A stretch of DNA of 64,000 nucleotides from Patescibacteria group bacterium (GCA_041658665.1 JBAZZR010000003.1:4125-68124); one strand, 5' to 3'. Shown: positions 25,831 to 35,450, counted from the first letter of the stretch. Numbers and translations are program-made. Notes: generated by a model from the letters alone, not told the origin.

Positions 25831-27108
25831 TTATTTAATTATTTGAAAAGTGGTGCTATAGCTAAGTTTCGAATTCTCCGCCGTTACTTTAATATCAACG
25901 ACGCCGGGCGCTAAATCAGGAACAACTAACTTTTGACTAAAACGTCCCCGGTAATCAGCTCGCGCTTGGCTACTAGTACCGCTAAAATTTATTTTTAACT
26001 GTTCGTGCGGCAAATAACCACCCCCCGATAAAGTGATCATATTACTGGGCGCCCCAAAATTATGATCTAAATTCAAATATAAATTTTCTAAACTACTTAC
26101 TTCTTCTATCATTTCACTAACTTCAACCGCGGTTATTTTACGTAAATTTTCATCTAACACTAAAATATTTGAACCGTTGAATAAAACAACTTTATCGCCA
26201 TTTACATCAACCACCTTGAGCCCCATCGCCCAACCCGCCGGTCCGCCTAAACTAGTCGTCCAGCGATAAGTTACTTCTTTAAGATTAGTTTTATTTAATT
26301 TAACTAAACCGGCGCCGTTAGAAAAATAAATATAATTATTAACCCCCGAAGAGCTAATATCATAGCCGGGATAATCAGCATGTTTAAAACTGGCTACTAA
26401 ATCACCAGCTAAATCAAATTTTTTCGTATAATAATCGTCCACAATAAATAAATCACCATTATCATCCTGATAAGCCTGGCGATTACCAGGATTTTTTTTA
26501 TAATTTACCGGGATACTTAAAATATTGGTCCGTTGACTGCGATCAAAAACCAATAAATGATTGTCTTGAACATCTAAAATATTTTCTGAGTTATAAGCTC
26601 TGAGATTATAAGAAGAGACGCTGTCGCTAATTTCATAGGCATTAATAACCTGCAAATCCTTATTCCAAACTTTTACGCCCTTATTGCTAACCGTTACTAA
26701 ATCAGAGCCGAATTTATCAACTCGGCTATACCACTCCCAATAAGTATTCTTATCACTCTTAATTAAAGCTATCTGGTTGTCCTCGAACACTTCATATTTA
26801 TATAATGTGTATTCGCTGACCGCATAAACAAAAAGGCGCCCGGCCTCGACTGAAAATTTCAAATCATAAAACTTACCATAAGTTCCAAAACGTTCATTAA
26901 ACGGTTTAATCTTTAGGATCGGGCTCAAAGAGCGACCCTCTAACTTAAATAATTCTAAGCTATCGGAATTTGTCGATCCAATATAAAGACGACCATTAAA
27001 ATTAACAGCGTCTCCGGAATAATAAGATTTTATTTTACTTTGGCTAGCCGTAGCTAGAAAAAAGATTAGGACAAAACAAAATAAAAATAAGAAAGCAAAC
27101 TTTTTCAT
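25831..27108 (-). CDS. Secreted beta-propeller-like protein with C-terminal Ig-like domain
   Basis: I place the start at the ATG at 27108 (MKKFAFLFLFCFVLIFFLATA signal peptide). The track's 27186 start would run through the predicted promoter. Body has repeated beta-rich segments. The C-terminal about 90 aa (LSGGGYLPHEQLKINFSG ... VVDIKVTAEN) is Ig/TIG-like. Confidence 0.5.
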   Translation of the reverse strand: MKKFAFLFLFCFVLIFFLATASQSKIKSYYSGDAVNFNGRLYIGSTNSDSLELFKLEGRSLSPILKIKPFNERFGTYGKFYDLKFSVEAGRLFVYAVSEYTLYKYEVFEDNQIALIKSDKNTYWEWYSRVDKFGSDLVTVSNKGVKVWNKDLQVINAYEISDSVSSYNLRAYNSENILDVQDNHLLVFDRSQRTNILSIPVNYKKNPGNRQAYQDDNGDLFIVDDYYTKKFDLAGDLVASFKHADYPGYDISSSGVNNYIYFSNGAGLVKLNKTNLKEVTYRWTTSLGGPAGWAMGLKVVDVNGDKVVLFNGSNILVLDENLRKITAVEVSEMIEEVSSLENLYLNLDHNFGAPSNMITLSGGGYLPHEQLKINFSGTSSQARADYRGRFSQKLVVPDLAPGVVDIKVTAENSKLSYSTTFQIIK

Positions 27109-27195
27109 AAATAGACTAATATTAAACAGATTAAACTTACAGAAATGACTTCTTTCTATACTACATAATTTTATAAAAAATGTCAACGAAATGTA

Positions 27196-27224
27196 TTGAC
27201 AAAATAAAGTATTAATAGTAATAT
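27196..27224 (+). promoter_or_regulatory. Near-consensus sigma70 promoter for the 27283 gene
   Basis: TTGACA 27196-27201, 17-nt spacer, TAATAT 27219-27224. An inverted TTGACA at 27186-27181 can serve the divergent gene. Confidence 0.6.
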
Positions 27225-27282
27225 AAATTATTAAACAAAAAACAGTAAATTAACAAATTAACAAAAATAAAGAGGTAATATC

Positions 27283-28152
27283 GTGAAAGTACAAATGTTC
27301 ATTATGTTTTTGGTAATCATGCTATTAAACATGATACCACTCAAAGCCCAGAGTCCAACACAAGCTCAAATACTGGGCTTAAACAACAGCGATCTCCATG
27401 CGTCCATCTTCGCCGGGTATTTTACAGAAACCCGTCAAGATGGATTTTATGAGGGGGCACAGATCAGCTACAAACCCCTTAAATTAGGTGCTTGGGGCGG
27501 CGGAGTCTATTTTATGGGCTCTCATTCATCTTTTCAAAATTATACTCTCGACCGTTACAAAGGCCAAGAAAATAATATCGAACAGGGGATCCAGACATCC
27601 TACTGGAGAAATCTTAACCGATCCTGCGACTTATTCGTAGGTCTAAATATCGGCGGAAGGTATTCGGCCAGTAAAGGGGAATCTTGGGGTGGTAAATACC
27701 AAGGGAAACAAAAAAACATTTTGATAACGAGCAATCTTAACATCAATCTGCTCAGAATGTCCTCGATATTCCCACGTACTCAACTCCTCATTTCCGCTCA
27801 ACGAGGAGTTGAAGAGATGAACAACGCTACCTGGAATGGCGATACGCTCCGCTCTAGCCCTTGGATCAAAGATGGAATAGATTGGACTTTAAAAAGTTCA
27901 ATTATAGATTTCGACATAGTCGAAGGAATCTGCGGTTGCGGAGAGAGAAGCTCTTTCCTGATATCCCCTAAATTAATCCTAGGGGGAATATACGACGCCA
28001 GTTATCCGAGTGCCTACAAAGTTGGCGCGGAACTAGGATTTCATAAACGAAGTAAAGATGATTTTATATCACTTTATTTCGTGGCTAAGTTTAGACCATT
28101 TAGAGAAGCCCAGTTTACTATAGGTCTAAATATCGGCCTAAATAACTTTTAA
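27283..28152 (+). CDS. Secreted beta-rich protein, possible beta-barrel outer-membrane-type protein (GC-richer than neighbours)
   Basis: GTG start 8 nt after the aaagagg SD. Signal peptide (MKVQMFIMFLVIMLLNMIPLKAQ). Alternating hydrophobic/polar strands, a repeated GLNIG block, and a C-terminus (FTIGLNIGLNNF) ending in Phe. Confidence 0.45.
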   Translation: MKVQMFIMFLVIMLLNMIPLKAQSPTQAQILGLNNSDLHASIFAGYFTETRQDGFYEGAQISYKPLKLGAWGGGVYFMGSHSSFQNYTLDRYKGQENNIEQGIQTSYWRNLNRSCDLFVGLNIGGRYSASKGESWGGKYQGKQKNILITSNLNINLLRMSSIFPRTQLLISAQRGVEEMNNATWNGDTLRSSPWIKDGIDWTLKSSIIDFDIVEGICGCGERSSFLISPKLILGGIYDASYPSAYKVGAELGFHKRSKDDFISLYFVAKFRPFREAQFTIGLNIGLNNF

Positions 28153-28170
28153 ATCACAAACAAAACAAGA

Positions 28171-28198
28171 AAGCCCGGTGAACAAATCCGGGCTTTTT
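28171..28198. terminator. Rho-independent terminator
   Basis: aagcccgg 28171-28178 / ccgggctt 28188-28195, T-run to 28198. Confidence 0.8.
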
Positions 28199-28228
28199 CA
28201 TTTTCAAAAACCAATATTTCATTAATCC

Positions 28229-29617
28229 TTAAGATATCGCTTCTAATTTACCGTGCTGTTTAAGACTACCGGCGTCATTTTTATCTTGAGACTTAGGCAC
28301 TACTGACTGAACGGCGAAGAGCGCGCCGACTAAAGTCCAAAAATGCCATTCTAAAGCAGTATCACTTAAAATATTATCACCGAAACTCGCTAAATAAATA
28401 GAACAAGCCAAAGAAAACATAAAAATATTAATAATTTGAAGCCGCGCTCGTTTCTCGACTCGATAAAATTTTAAAAAACGAACAATTAAAACAAGTACTA
28501 AAAGGGCATAAAGACTTAAACTCACGAAACCACCTTCTAAGGCTAAGCGCATATAATCATTATGCGGTTGCGTAGCGCCTAAGCGGAAATCACGATTCCG
28601 AGCGATAACTTCCTCAGCTAAACCAACGCCATAACCGCTCACTGGATGTTCTTTGACATACGAAAAACCATCATAATACAAACGCCAACGCCAGGCGATA
28701 GAGCCGGAATTATCACCATTAAATATGGTATTAAATCGATCTTGAAAAGAAATAGAGCTAAGATATAAAAATAAAAAAACTAAAGCCGCAGCGACTAATA
28801 ACTTACGAAATTTAAATAATCCCACTAGTAAAATAATTAATAAAAGAGCCAGATAGGCGCCGCGCGTATAAGTAAAGGCGAGAATGAAAGAGAAAAAAAG
28901 CGCCAAAAAAAGATAGATATAAGCTTCCAGGCGGCTTTTTTTAACCGTCAAAAATACAAACATCGCTAGCGTAATCGATAATAAAAGATAAAAGGCTAAC
29001 ATGTTCGGATGAATCATTGTACCATAAAGACGATTAACCCCGTTTTCTGGCCAACCAGAATTCGTAAAAAACTGATATAAAGCAATAAGCGATGGGAAAA
29101 GCGCTGACCAAACAATCACCTTAATCAACTTAGTTAAATCATCATTAGTTTTTATAAGAGTCGCTCCCAAGGCTAAACTAAAAATAATACTAGCATAACG
29201 CGCCAACTCTTTAACTGACTCAGTAATATTAAAAGAATAAGTTAATGAATAAACCGACCAGGCGAAAAAAATTAGCCATAAAAATAATAACGGTTTCTCT
29301 TTAAGGTCCCGAAAATTATTAATTAAAACAATTAAAGCAAAGAGTGCCATAAAAGCACTGAACACGATATTAATATTTAACCCCTCTAAAGAAAAAAGAC
29401 CTTGGTTGGTTAACATGTCAATGGCTGGACGTAAAAACATAAATACCAAAAAGCCGCGTTGGTAATCCAATATACTAAGAGTAAATATAATTAATAAAAT
29501 AACGAAAAAAAATTTTGTTGAACTGTCGAAGGGAAGGAGTAAAATGATAAGAGCGCTGAGCAGGGCCAGAAAAACCAAAAAAGAAAAAAATAGCTTAGAC
29601 CTTAATCTATCAGCCAT
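28229..29617 (-). CDS. O-antigen ligase / polymerase-like (Wzy_C family) polytopic membrane protein
   Basis: More than 10 TM helices and a large loop carrying QPHNDYMRLALEGG, as in the O-antigen ligase family. Confidence 0.7.
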   Translation of the reverse strand: MADRLRSKLFFSFLVFLALLSALIILLLPFDSSTKFFFVILLIIFTLSILDYQRGFLVFMFLRPAIDMLTNQGLFSLEGLNINIVFSAFMALFALIVLINNFRDLKEKPLLFLWLIFFAWSVYSLTYSFNITESVKELARYASIIFSLALGATLIKTNDDLTKLIKVIVWSALFPSLIALYQFFTNSGWPENGVNRLYGTMIHPNMLAFYLLLSITLAMFVFLTVKKSRLEAYIYLFLALFFSFILAFTYTRGAYLALLLIILLVGLFKFRKLLVAAALVFLFLYLSSISFQDRFNTIFNGDNSGSIAWRWRLYYDGFSYVKEHPVSGYGVGLAEEVIARNRDFRLGATQPHNDYMRLALEGGFVSLSLYALLVLVLIVRFLKFYRVEKRARLQIINIFMFSLACSIYLASFGDNILSDTALEWHFWTLVGALFAVQSVVPKSQDKNDAGSLKQHGKLEAIS

Positions 29618-29679
29618 ATTATGGTATGATAATATATTATTGCTTAATTTTAACTTAATTTTCCCTAAAAAGTCAAAAT

Positions 29680-30918
29680 ATGAAAATACTTTTAGTTAAT
29701 AAATTCTATTATCATAGAGATGGGGTCAGCAACTATTTATTAGCTTTAGAAAAACAACTGACCGCCCTAGGCCACACCGTGCGAATATTTGCTATGGCTA
29801 ACCCAAAAAATTTGCCAAGTCCGGATAAAAAATATTTTGTTTCTTATCTCTCGTTTGATAAGCCCGGCTTAAAAAACACGGTCCGAGCGCTCAGTAGAAT
29901 TTTCTATAGTCGGGAAGCGAAAAAAAAATTTAGCGCGCTCCTAGACGACTTCCATCCCGACGTAATCCATATTCATAATATTTATCATCATATTTCTCCC
30001 TCAATTTTACCAGTCGCGACCGCGGCGCATATTCCGGTCGTTATGCATTTACACGACTATAAATTAATTTGTCCAAATTATAAATTATTTACTAAAGGTC
30101 AGGTTTGCGAAAAATGCCATGACGGCCATTACTATCACTGTTTTTTTAATAAATGTCTAAAAAATTCTTATTTAAAAAGTCTCGGGGGATCGTTAGAAAT
30201 GTATGCGCATCATAAACTTTGGCCAGTCTATAAACGCCATATTGAATTATTCATCGCGCCTAGTCAGTTCATGAAAAATATTTGTCAAAACTTTGGCTGG
30301 CCGGAAAATAAAATTATTCACCTCCCGAATTTTTATGACGACAAAGCTCATCAAGAAACAAAATCCGAAAAAAGAAAAAACGGCGACGAACCTTATTTCC
30401 TTTACTACGGCCGCTTAGCCGAAGAGAAGGGCGTAGCAGTTATTCTCAAAACTTTAAGCCAGGCGCCTGGCCGCTTAAAAATCGCCGGCGAGGGACCAGA
30501 AGCCGCAAAACTTAAAAATCTGAGCACTCAATTAAAATTAGAAAACCGAGTAGATTTCTTAGGCTTCCAGACTGGCGCCAATTTAGACAAACTCATAAGG
30601 GAAGCGACCGCTGTCATTGTCCCGTCTATCTGGTTAGAAAACATGCCCTTAAACGTCCTAGAAGCCCTAGCTAGACATAAAATTGTTATTGCCTCATCAA
30701 TAGGCGGTATTCCGGAGATAATCCAGAATGGTCGTAATGGGATATTATTTACGGCCGGATCGAGCGAAGAATTAGCCAAAATTATCAAAAATCTCGACAA
30801 CCTAAATTTAACTGAAATCGAGAAAATGGCCGGAGAAAGCGTAAAAGACTTCAATATTATCTCTCATACTCAAGAAATCCTTAAAATATACACTAAAGTT
30901 TTAAAAAATAAGATCTAG
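29680..30918 (+). CDS. Glycosyltransferase, GT4 family
   Basis: GT-B architecture with C-terminal GRLAEEKG and PSIWLENMPLNVLEALA (EX7E-type) motifs. Confidence 0.8.
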   Translation: MKILLVNKFYYHRDGVSNYLLALEKQLTALGHTVRIFAMANPKNLPSPDKKYFVSYLSFDKPGLKNTVRALSRIFYSREAKKKFSALLDDFHPDVIHIHNIYHHISPSILPVATAAHIPVVMHLHDYKLICPNYKLFTKGQVCEKCHDGHYYHCFFNKCLKNSYLKSLGGSLEMYAHHKLWPVYKRHIELFIAPSQFMKNICQNFGWPENKIIHLPNFYDDKAHQETKSEKRKNGDEPYFLYYGRLAEEKGVAVILKTLSQAPGRLKIAGEGPEAAKLKNLSTQLKLENRVDFLGFQTGANLDKLIREATAVIVPSIWLENMPLNVLEALARHKIVIASSIGGIPEIIQNGRNGILFTAGSSEELAKIIKNLDNLNLTEIEKMAGESVKDFNIISHTQEILKIYTKVLKNKI

Positions 30919-31029
30919 TCTTTATCAAACTCGTCTTAGTCGCTATTGACAATATTTTTATAATATATTAAGATAAGCTATTAATATATCATTTAAATAT
31001 CATCTAAAATCCTAAAAAAGAGCGAAAAT

Positions 31030-31848
31030 ATGGAAATAAACCATTTCTGGCATTTACTTAAAACAAGAAAATCAGTTATTTTATCAACTTGGCTTATTTT
31101 TATAATCCTTGGTTCTCTTATTACCTTTTTACAACCCCTAAAATATGAGGCTAAATCACGCTTACTAATCGTGCAAAACGTGGCCGGAATTGATCCTTAT
31201 ACTGTTTCCAAATCTAATCAATATCTTAGTAGCCTTTTCGCCCAAGTTGTCTATTCTAATTCCTTCTTTGATCTAGTCACAAATTCCAGTAATTTTGACA
31301 TTGACAGAAGCTATTTCCAAAGTACCTATAAGAAACAGATGGAGGTCTGGGAAAAAAGTATCGCGGCTAGCAGTCTAAACGATACCGGCATCATTGAAAT
31401 TTCTATTTATCACCCGAACCCTTATCAAGCCAAGGAACTGGCTCTAGCGGCTAATGACGTTCTAATTAACCAAGGCTTTAATTACCAAGGAGGCGGCGAT
31501 AATATTAAAGTTAAAATTATCGACCAACCACTAGTTTCTGACTACCCCGTAAAACCTAATATAATTTTTAATTTAATCGCTTTCTCTCTACTTGGTCTTA
31601 TCACTGGCGCCAGTTATTTATATTTTTTTCCTAATCAGGTTATTAAAATGATTAAAACAACGCCACTTATTATTAAGCCAGACTACCAACCGAAATCTCC
31701 TACTCTTGAAGCAGAAAACCGAACACCGGAACATCATCACTACGCTCATACTAATAACGTTACCAAGCCGTACTCAGCGTCTAATGGAATCAGAGTTCAA
31801 GCTGATCCTATCCGGGGAAGCATTAATAATGTATTACCTAAATTTTAA
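31030..31848 (+). CDS. Wzz-like polysaccharide chain-length determinant protein
   Basis: N-terminal TM followed by PLKYEAKSRLLI, a periplasmic-type domain and a second TM (FNLIAFSLLGLITGASYLYFF). Confidence 0.6.
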   Translation: MEINHFWHLLKTRKSVILSTWLIFIILGSLITFLQPLKYEAKSRLLIVQNVAGIDPYTVSKSNQYLSSLFAQVVYSNSFFDLVTNSSNFDIDRSYFQSTYKKQMEVWEKSIAASSLNDTGIIEISIYHPNPYQAKELALAANDVLINQGFNYQGGGDNIKVKIIDQPLVSDYPVKPNIIFNLIAFSLLGLITGASYLYFFPNQVIKMIKTTPLIIKPDYQPKSPTLEAENRTPEHHHYAHTNNVTKPYSASNGIRVQADPIRGSINNVLPKF

Positions 31849-31921
31849 TTATAGACTTCGATCCTCTCTCCGGCTCGAAGCTTGTGATTAAACAAGCAAT
31901 CGTTTAAAAAATGATTGAGGT

Positions 31922-31950
31922 TTGCACCTTAAAAATATTCAAATCATAAT
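31922..31950 (+). promoter_or_regulatory. Sigma70-type promoter for the 31969 gene
   Basis: TTGCAC 31922-31927, 17-nt spacer, CATAAT 31945-31950, then SD aaaggagg 31955-31962. Confidence 0.55.
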
Positions 31951-31968
31951 CCAAAAAGGAGGTCTATA

Positions 31969-32736
31969 ATGGACCAAGCAAAAAAAGAAAAGTGGCAACA
32001 CATAGGAGCAGGAGTCCTAATAATGGGACTTATAGTTCTTATTGCTGCCCTCGTAGTCCGTTACAATGGTTGTGACGGAACAACTGGGAAAAAAGTCGTT
32101 CAAACAGATACTGCTAAACAGACTGAATTGAACAAAAACACTGATAATGGAGGAAGTTCCTCCATAAGCCGATCCGAATTCGACGACTTAAGCGCTGAAG
32201 TTGCGGCGCTCAGAGATTGCTGCGAAGGCAAAACTGGACAAAAAGCAACGCTTAAACCAAAGTCTGCTCCTGCTCCCGCTCCTGCTCCCGCTCCCGCGCC
32301 CAAACCATCTCCCGCTCCCGCGCCCAAACCATCTCCCGCTCCCGCTCCCACACCGGCAGTAAACTATCAAAGCGTATTTGATGGATCTCATGGAGTAACT
32401 GTCGATGAGAAAGGGTATCTCATTTGGTGGATATTGGATTCGGAACTAAACGCCGGGGAAAGTCGCCCGACTATTCAACAGCCGGAACTTAACAGACAAG
32501 GGGGACCGAGATTCTCTCTAGAAGGGAATATGTGGATCTACAGATCCAAAATCCTCTATAGCGGAAACGGATTTGACCTCTGGTGTATTTACATTGGAAA
32601 CCATAGCGAATATGGCTTCCCAATGTTTGTCCCACATGAACTAGCTAAAGTGGAGAGGATTGATTCGGAGATGCGTCAACATAAGAATGACATTGGTTGG
32701 GAATACGTTTCCCCAATCAGATTCACGACGCGCTAA
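31969..32736 (+). CDS. Membrane-anchored protein with Pro/Ala-rich repetitive linker and unknown C-terminal domain (GC-richer than neighbours)
   Basis: TM helix (IGAGVLIMGLIVLIAALVV), linker (APAPAPAPAPAPKPSPAPAPKPSPAPAPTPA) and a 130-aa Trp/Tyr-rich C-domain in which I see no recognisable motif. Confidence 0.5.
   Translation: MDQAKKEKWQHIGAGVLIMGLIVLIAALVVRYNGCDGTTGKKVVQTDTAKQTELNKNTDNGGSSSISRSEFDDLSAEVAALRDCCEGKTGQKATLKPKSAPAPAPAPAPAPKPSPAPAPKPSPAPAPTPAVNYQSVFDGSHGVTVDEKGYLIWWILDSELNAGESRPTIQQPELNRQGGPRFSLEGNMWIYRSKILYSGNGFDLWCIYIGNHSEYGFPMFVPHELAKVERIDSEMRQHKNDIGWEYVSPIRFTTR
32287..32334 (+). repeat. Perfect 24-nt tandem duplication inside the Pro/Ala linker
   Basis: cccgctcccgcgcccaaaccatct occurs at 32287-32310 and again at 32311-32334, embedded in degenerate gctccc/gctcct hexamers from about 32263 to 32350. 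Confidence 0.9.
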
Positions 32737-32796
32737 GTCCTCCTCTCTTTCAAAAACTGTTTAACTATTCTTATTTCAAAAGATAGCTAAACAAAA

Positions 32797-32822
32797 GGGT
32801 CTGATTCACTCAGACCCTTTTT
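32797..32822. terminator. Rho-independent terminator (bidirectional)
   Basis: gggtctga 32797-32804 / tcagaccc 32810-32817, T-run to 32822, with an A-run upstream. Confidence 0.85.
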
Positions 32823-32850
32823 ATATACAAATTAATTTTTATTTAGCAGT

Positions 32851-33948
32851 CTATTTAATCTCTTGATATAATCCCAGAACTTTTTTAGCAATATCCAACC
32901 AGCTATATTCCTTTTTTACTCGTTCTAAAGAAGCGACTCCTAATTTAGCTAATTCCTGATTTGTTAACAGTTCCTTCATTTTAAGATATAAATCATTAAC
33001 ATCATTGGTTTTAAATAAACATCCCGTACCGCTAAGCGCCTCCTGATTAGCTTCAATATCACTAGCTAAACAGGCTAAGCCGTAAGACATGGCCTCTAAT
33101 AAGGCAATCGACAACCCCTCGCTTTCTGAAGCCTGAACAAAAGCATAAGCGTTAGAGTATAACTCCGCTAAAGTGCGCCCCGTCTGATTACCAGTAAAGA
33201 TTATTCTTTGATCATCGCCGGCTAGTTCATGAAGTTCGCGGACGTAATCGTTAGTATAGGCGCCATCGCCGACAATAACTAATTTTTTATCAGTTAATAA
33301 TTTCTTATAAGCCGTAATCAAATGATGAATCCCTTTATGACGGACCAAACGAGAAATCGAAACAAAATAATTACCTTCTTCTAAACCCCAACGACGAATT
33401 TCCTGAACCGGCATTCTTTCCTTAACAGTCGCTCCGTTCGGAATATAGACGGCCGATTTATGATAAGTATCAAAAGTATATTTTTTTAATTCTTGAGAAA
33501 TCGTCACCACTCGGTTAGCTAATAAACAACCAACTTTTTCTCCAAAATATAAGTACCAACGCGCTAAACGTCCCCATTTCTTATGTTGATAATCGCGACA
33601 ATGAAAAGTAAAAACAATCGGCGTTCTCGGCTTTAAAAGACGTGCTAACCAAATAAGGGAAGCCGGACCGACCGATTGAAAATTAATAATATCGACCGGA
33701 CGACGGATTAAATCTAGACAAGCTAAAAAAGTGTGAGAAATCGCTTCAAAATTTTTACCCGAAATATTCGGAAGGGGAATAATTTTGATATTCTTATATT
33801 CGGTTAAATCATGACTATAATTTTTACGAGAATAGACCAAAACTTCTTGACCCTGTTGGGCTAGATTTAAGGCTAAATTCTCAACATAGCGCTCTACGCC
33901 GCCTGTTTGAGCCGGTATTCCTTTTTGTCCAATAAAAACAATCTTCAT
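32851..33948 (-). CDS. Glycosyltransferase, GT4 family
   Basis: MKIVFIGQKGIPAQTGGVERYVENL N-terminus, C-terminal SRLVRHKG and ASESEGLSIALLEAMSYG (EX7E) motifs. Confidence 0.8.
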   Translation of the reverse strand: MKIVFIGQKGIPAQTGGVERYVENLALNLAQQGQEVLVYSRKNYSHDLTEYKNIKIIPLPNISGKNFEAISHTFLACLDLIRRPVDIINFQSVGPASLIWLARLLKPRTPIVFTFHCRDYQHKKWGRLARWYLYFGEKVGCLLANRVVTISQELKKYTFDTYHKSAVYIPNGATVKERMPVQEIRRWGLEEGNYFVSISRLVRHKGIHHLITAYKKLLTDKKLVIVGDGAYTNDYVRELHELAGDDQRIIFTGNQTGRTLAELYSNAYAFVQASESEGLSIALLEAMSYGLACLASDIEANQEALSGTGCLFKTNDVNDLYLKMKELLTNQELAKLGVASLERVKKEYSWLDIAKKVLGLYQEIK

Positions 33949-34066
33949 AAGAATATAACTATATCAATAATAACCCTTAATCATAGGATATATTAAAAAT
34001 TTTGTCAATAGAATAAAAATTATTTTAAAATTGGCTAAATTATTTAAATATAAATTAAAATTTTAC

Positions 34067-34124
34067 AAAAAAAGAGGCTCACCAGAGAACTTCAAGCTTA
34101 GTGCTTGAAATTCCTTGATGAGCC
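34067..34124 (-). terminator. Long imperfect hairpin terminator downstream of the lipoprotein gene
   Basis: Arms of about 22 nt (34076-34097 and 34102-34124) around a ttag loop. The C/T differences between the arms become G-U pairs only on the minus-strand transcript. The A-run 34067-34073 is a T-run on the minus strand. Confidence 0.6.
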
Positions 34125-34138
34125 AATAATCACTTATA

Positions 34139-35332
34139 CTAATTATACCTAACAACGGTAAACGTCCGTTGAGAGGTATTTTTTCCGGGAGGAGCGACAG
34201 AAATAATCTGCGCCTTTAGAACTAGATACTTCTTATCAAAGAATCCAGATTTTTCAATCGGAATTCCTAAATAATCGTCGGGAATACTTGAGTTGAGCCC
34301 TACTCGAAGCGATAAAATACCGTCGGGGACATCGGCGTAATTAATTGACGCGACTCCCCAATTCGGAGAACTTGTCACCGCTATTTCGGGGATGGGATTT
34401 AGAAATTTACCAGTCAAAAGATTTTGTCTTCTAATAAACGGGCTACCAACAAACTCTTTGCCGAGATTGACATAAATTAAAAGCTTATCAGTAAGGGGGG
34501 TAAAACGGATTACGGCAGTATCTCCCACATCGCCCAAATAACCGGGTAATGAGGATGTAGTAGTTGTGACGGTAGTGATAGTCCAATCGGAATTAACTTT
34601 GAACCCAATGTCAGTACCAACGCAATACTGACTGAAAAACTTAGCCCATTTTTTGACTCCATCAATGGAATCGATTTTTCCGATTCCCATATGATAGATC
34701 TTAGGAGTCACAATGAATTTGATCATTACATATGGAGCTACCCCGCTAGTATCCAAACTGGTCGAATCAGATGACCAGTATCTTTTTTTAGAGACAAAGG
34801 TCGCGTCCCAGCTATTCATATCGCCGGTGTAATAAATATTATTACCGGCATAAGCAGCTAACGGCTCTGTTCGAGCGAACATAGTCAGCTGAGCTGTGTT
34901 GTTTCCGAGCGGAACCAGAGGGCTAATCACAAGATCATAGCCACCGGAGAGTGTGAGTAATAGATTCACCGTTATGGAATGAACTTGCCCCGTACTTGCG
35001 GTACCAATAAGTTTAACAGTCGCTAGAGACCCAGGCGTACCATTAAATTCTTTGACAGCAATAGAATCAAGAACATGACTCGAGTCTGAGAATATCCATT
35101 CCCAGCTGCTCCATTTAATGGCTGGATCCAGGCCTACTGCTCGGAAAATGACTTTGGTATTTACCAAAATCACAACCGTATCTCCTGCTGCCAGCGTTTT
35201 ATTGCTGACGGAAATAGCGAGTTTTCCCAATATGACATCCGGATTACCCGAAGGTGGTTCAACCGGCATGTCATGACGACAACCGGCGAAAAAAACAAAT
35301 AACAAAACTAGTGAACCGATGAACTTTTTCAT
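34139..35332 (-). CDS. Lipoprotein of unknown function (GC-richer than neighbours)
   Basis: Signal peptide with lipobox FFAGC (MKKFIGSLVLLFVFFAGCRHD). Beta-rich, Thr/Ser-rich body. No catalytic motif recognised. Confidence 0.55.
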   Translation of the reverse strand: MKKFIGSLVLLFVFFAGCRHDMPVEPPSGNPDVILGKLAISVSNKTLAAGDTVVILVNTKVIFRAVGLDPAIKWSSWEWIFSDSSHVLDSIAVKEFNGTPGSLATVKLIGTASTGQVHSITVNLLLTLSGGYDLVISPLVPLGNNTAQLTMFARTEPLAAYAGNNIYYTGDMNSWDATFVSKKRYWSSDSTSLDTSGVAPYVMIKFIVTPKIYHMGIGKIDSIDGVKKWAKFFSQYCVGTDIGFKVNSDWTITTVTTTTSSLPGYLGDVGDTAVIRFTPLTDKLLIYVNLGKEFVGSPFIRRQNLLTGKFLNPIPEIAVTSSPNWGVASINYADVPDGILSLRVGLNSSIPDDYLGIPIEKSGFFDKKYLVLKAQIISVAPPGKNTSQRTFTVVRYN

Positions 35333-35450
35333 TTTAGAGCCTTTCTTTATGTGATATATTTTGAATTATTAACGAACTAAATAAATTACCCGTAAATACA
35401 GATATTCAACAGTATCATATTATTAATTTAATGTCAAATAAAAAAGAAAC

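Noticed and set aside
27109-27186. Longer N-terminus (MTFFIKLCSIERSHFCKF...) for the 25831 minus-strand gene
   Set aside because: The extension precedes an obvious signal peptide that starts at MKKFAFLF (ATG at 27108). It would also overlap the predicted divergent promoter elements (TTGACA at 27186-27181).
31706-31891. 61-aa ORF overlapping the 3' end of the Wzz-like gene
   Set aside because: It is an alternative frame of a supported gene and extends into a hairpin-containing spacer. It has no SD or motif.
32263-32350. Short GC-rich repeats as a CRISPR-like or regulatory array
   Set aside because: The repeats are in frame inside a CDS, have no spacers, and simply encode a Pro/Ala linker.
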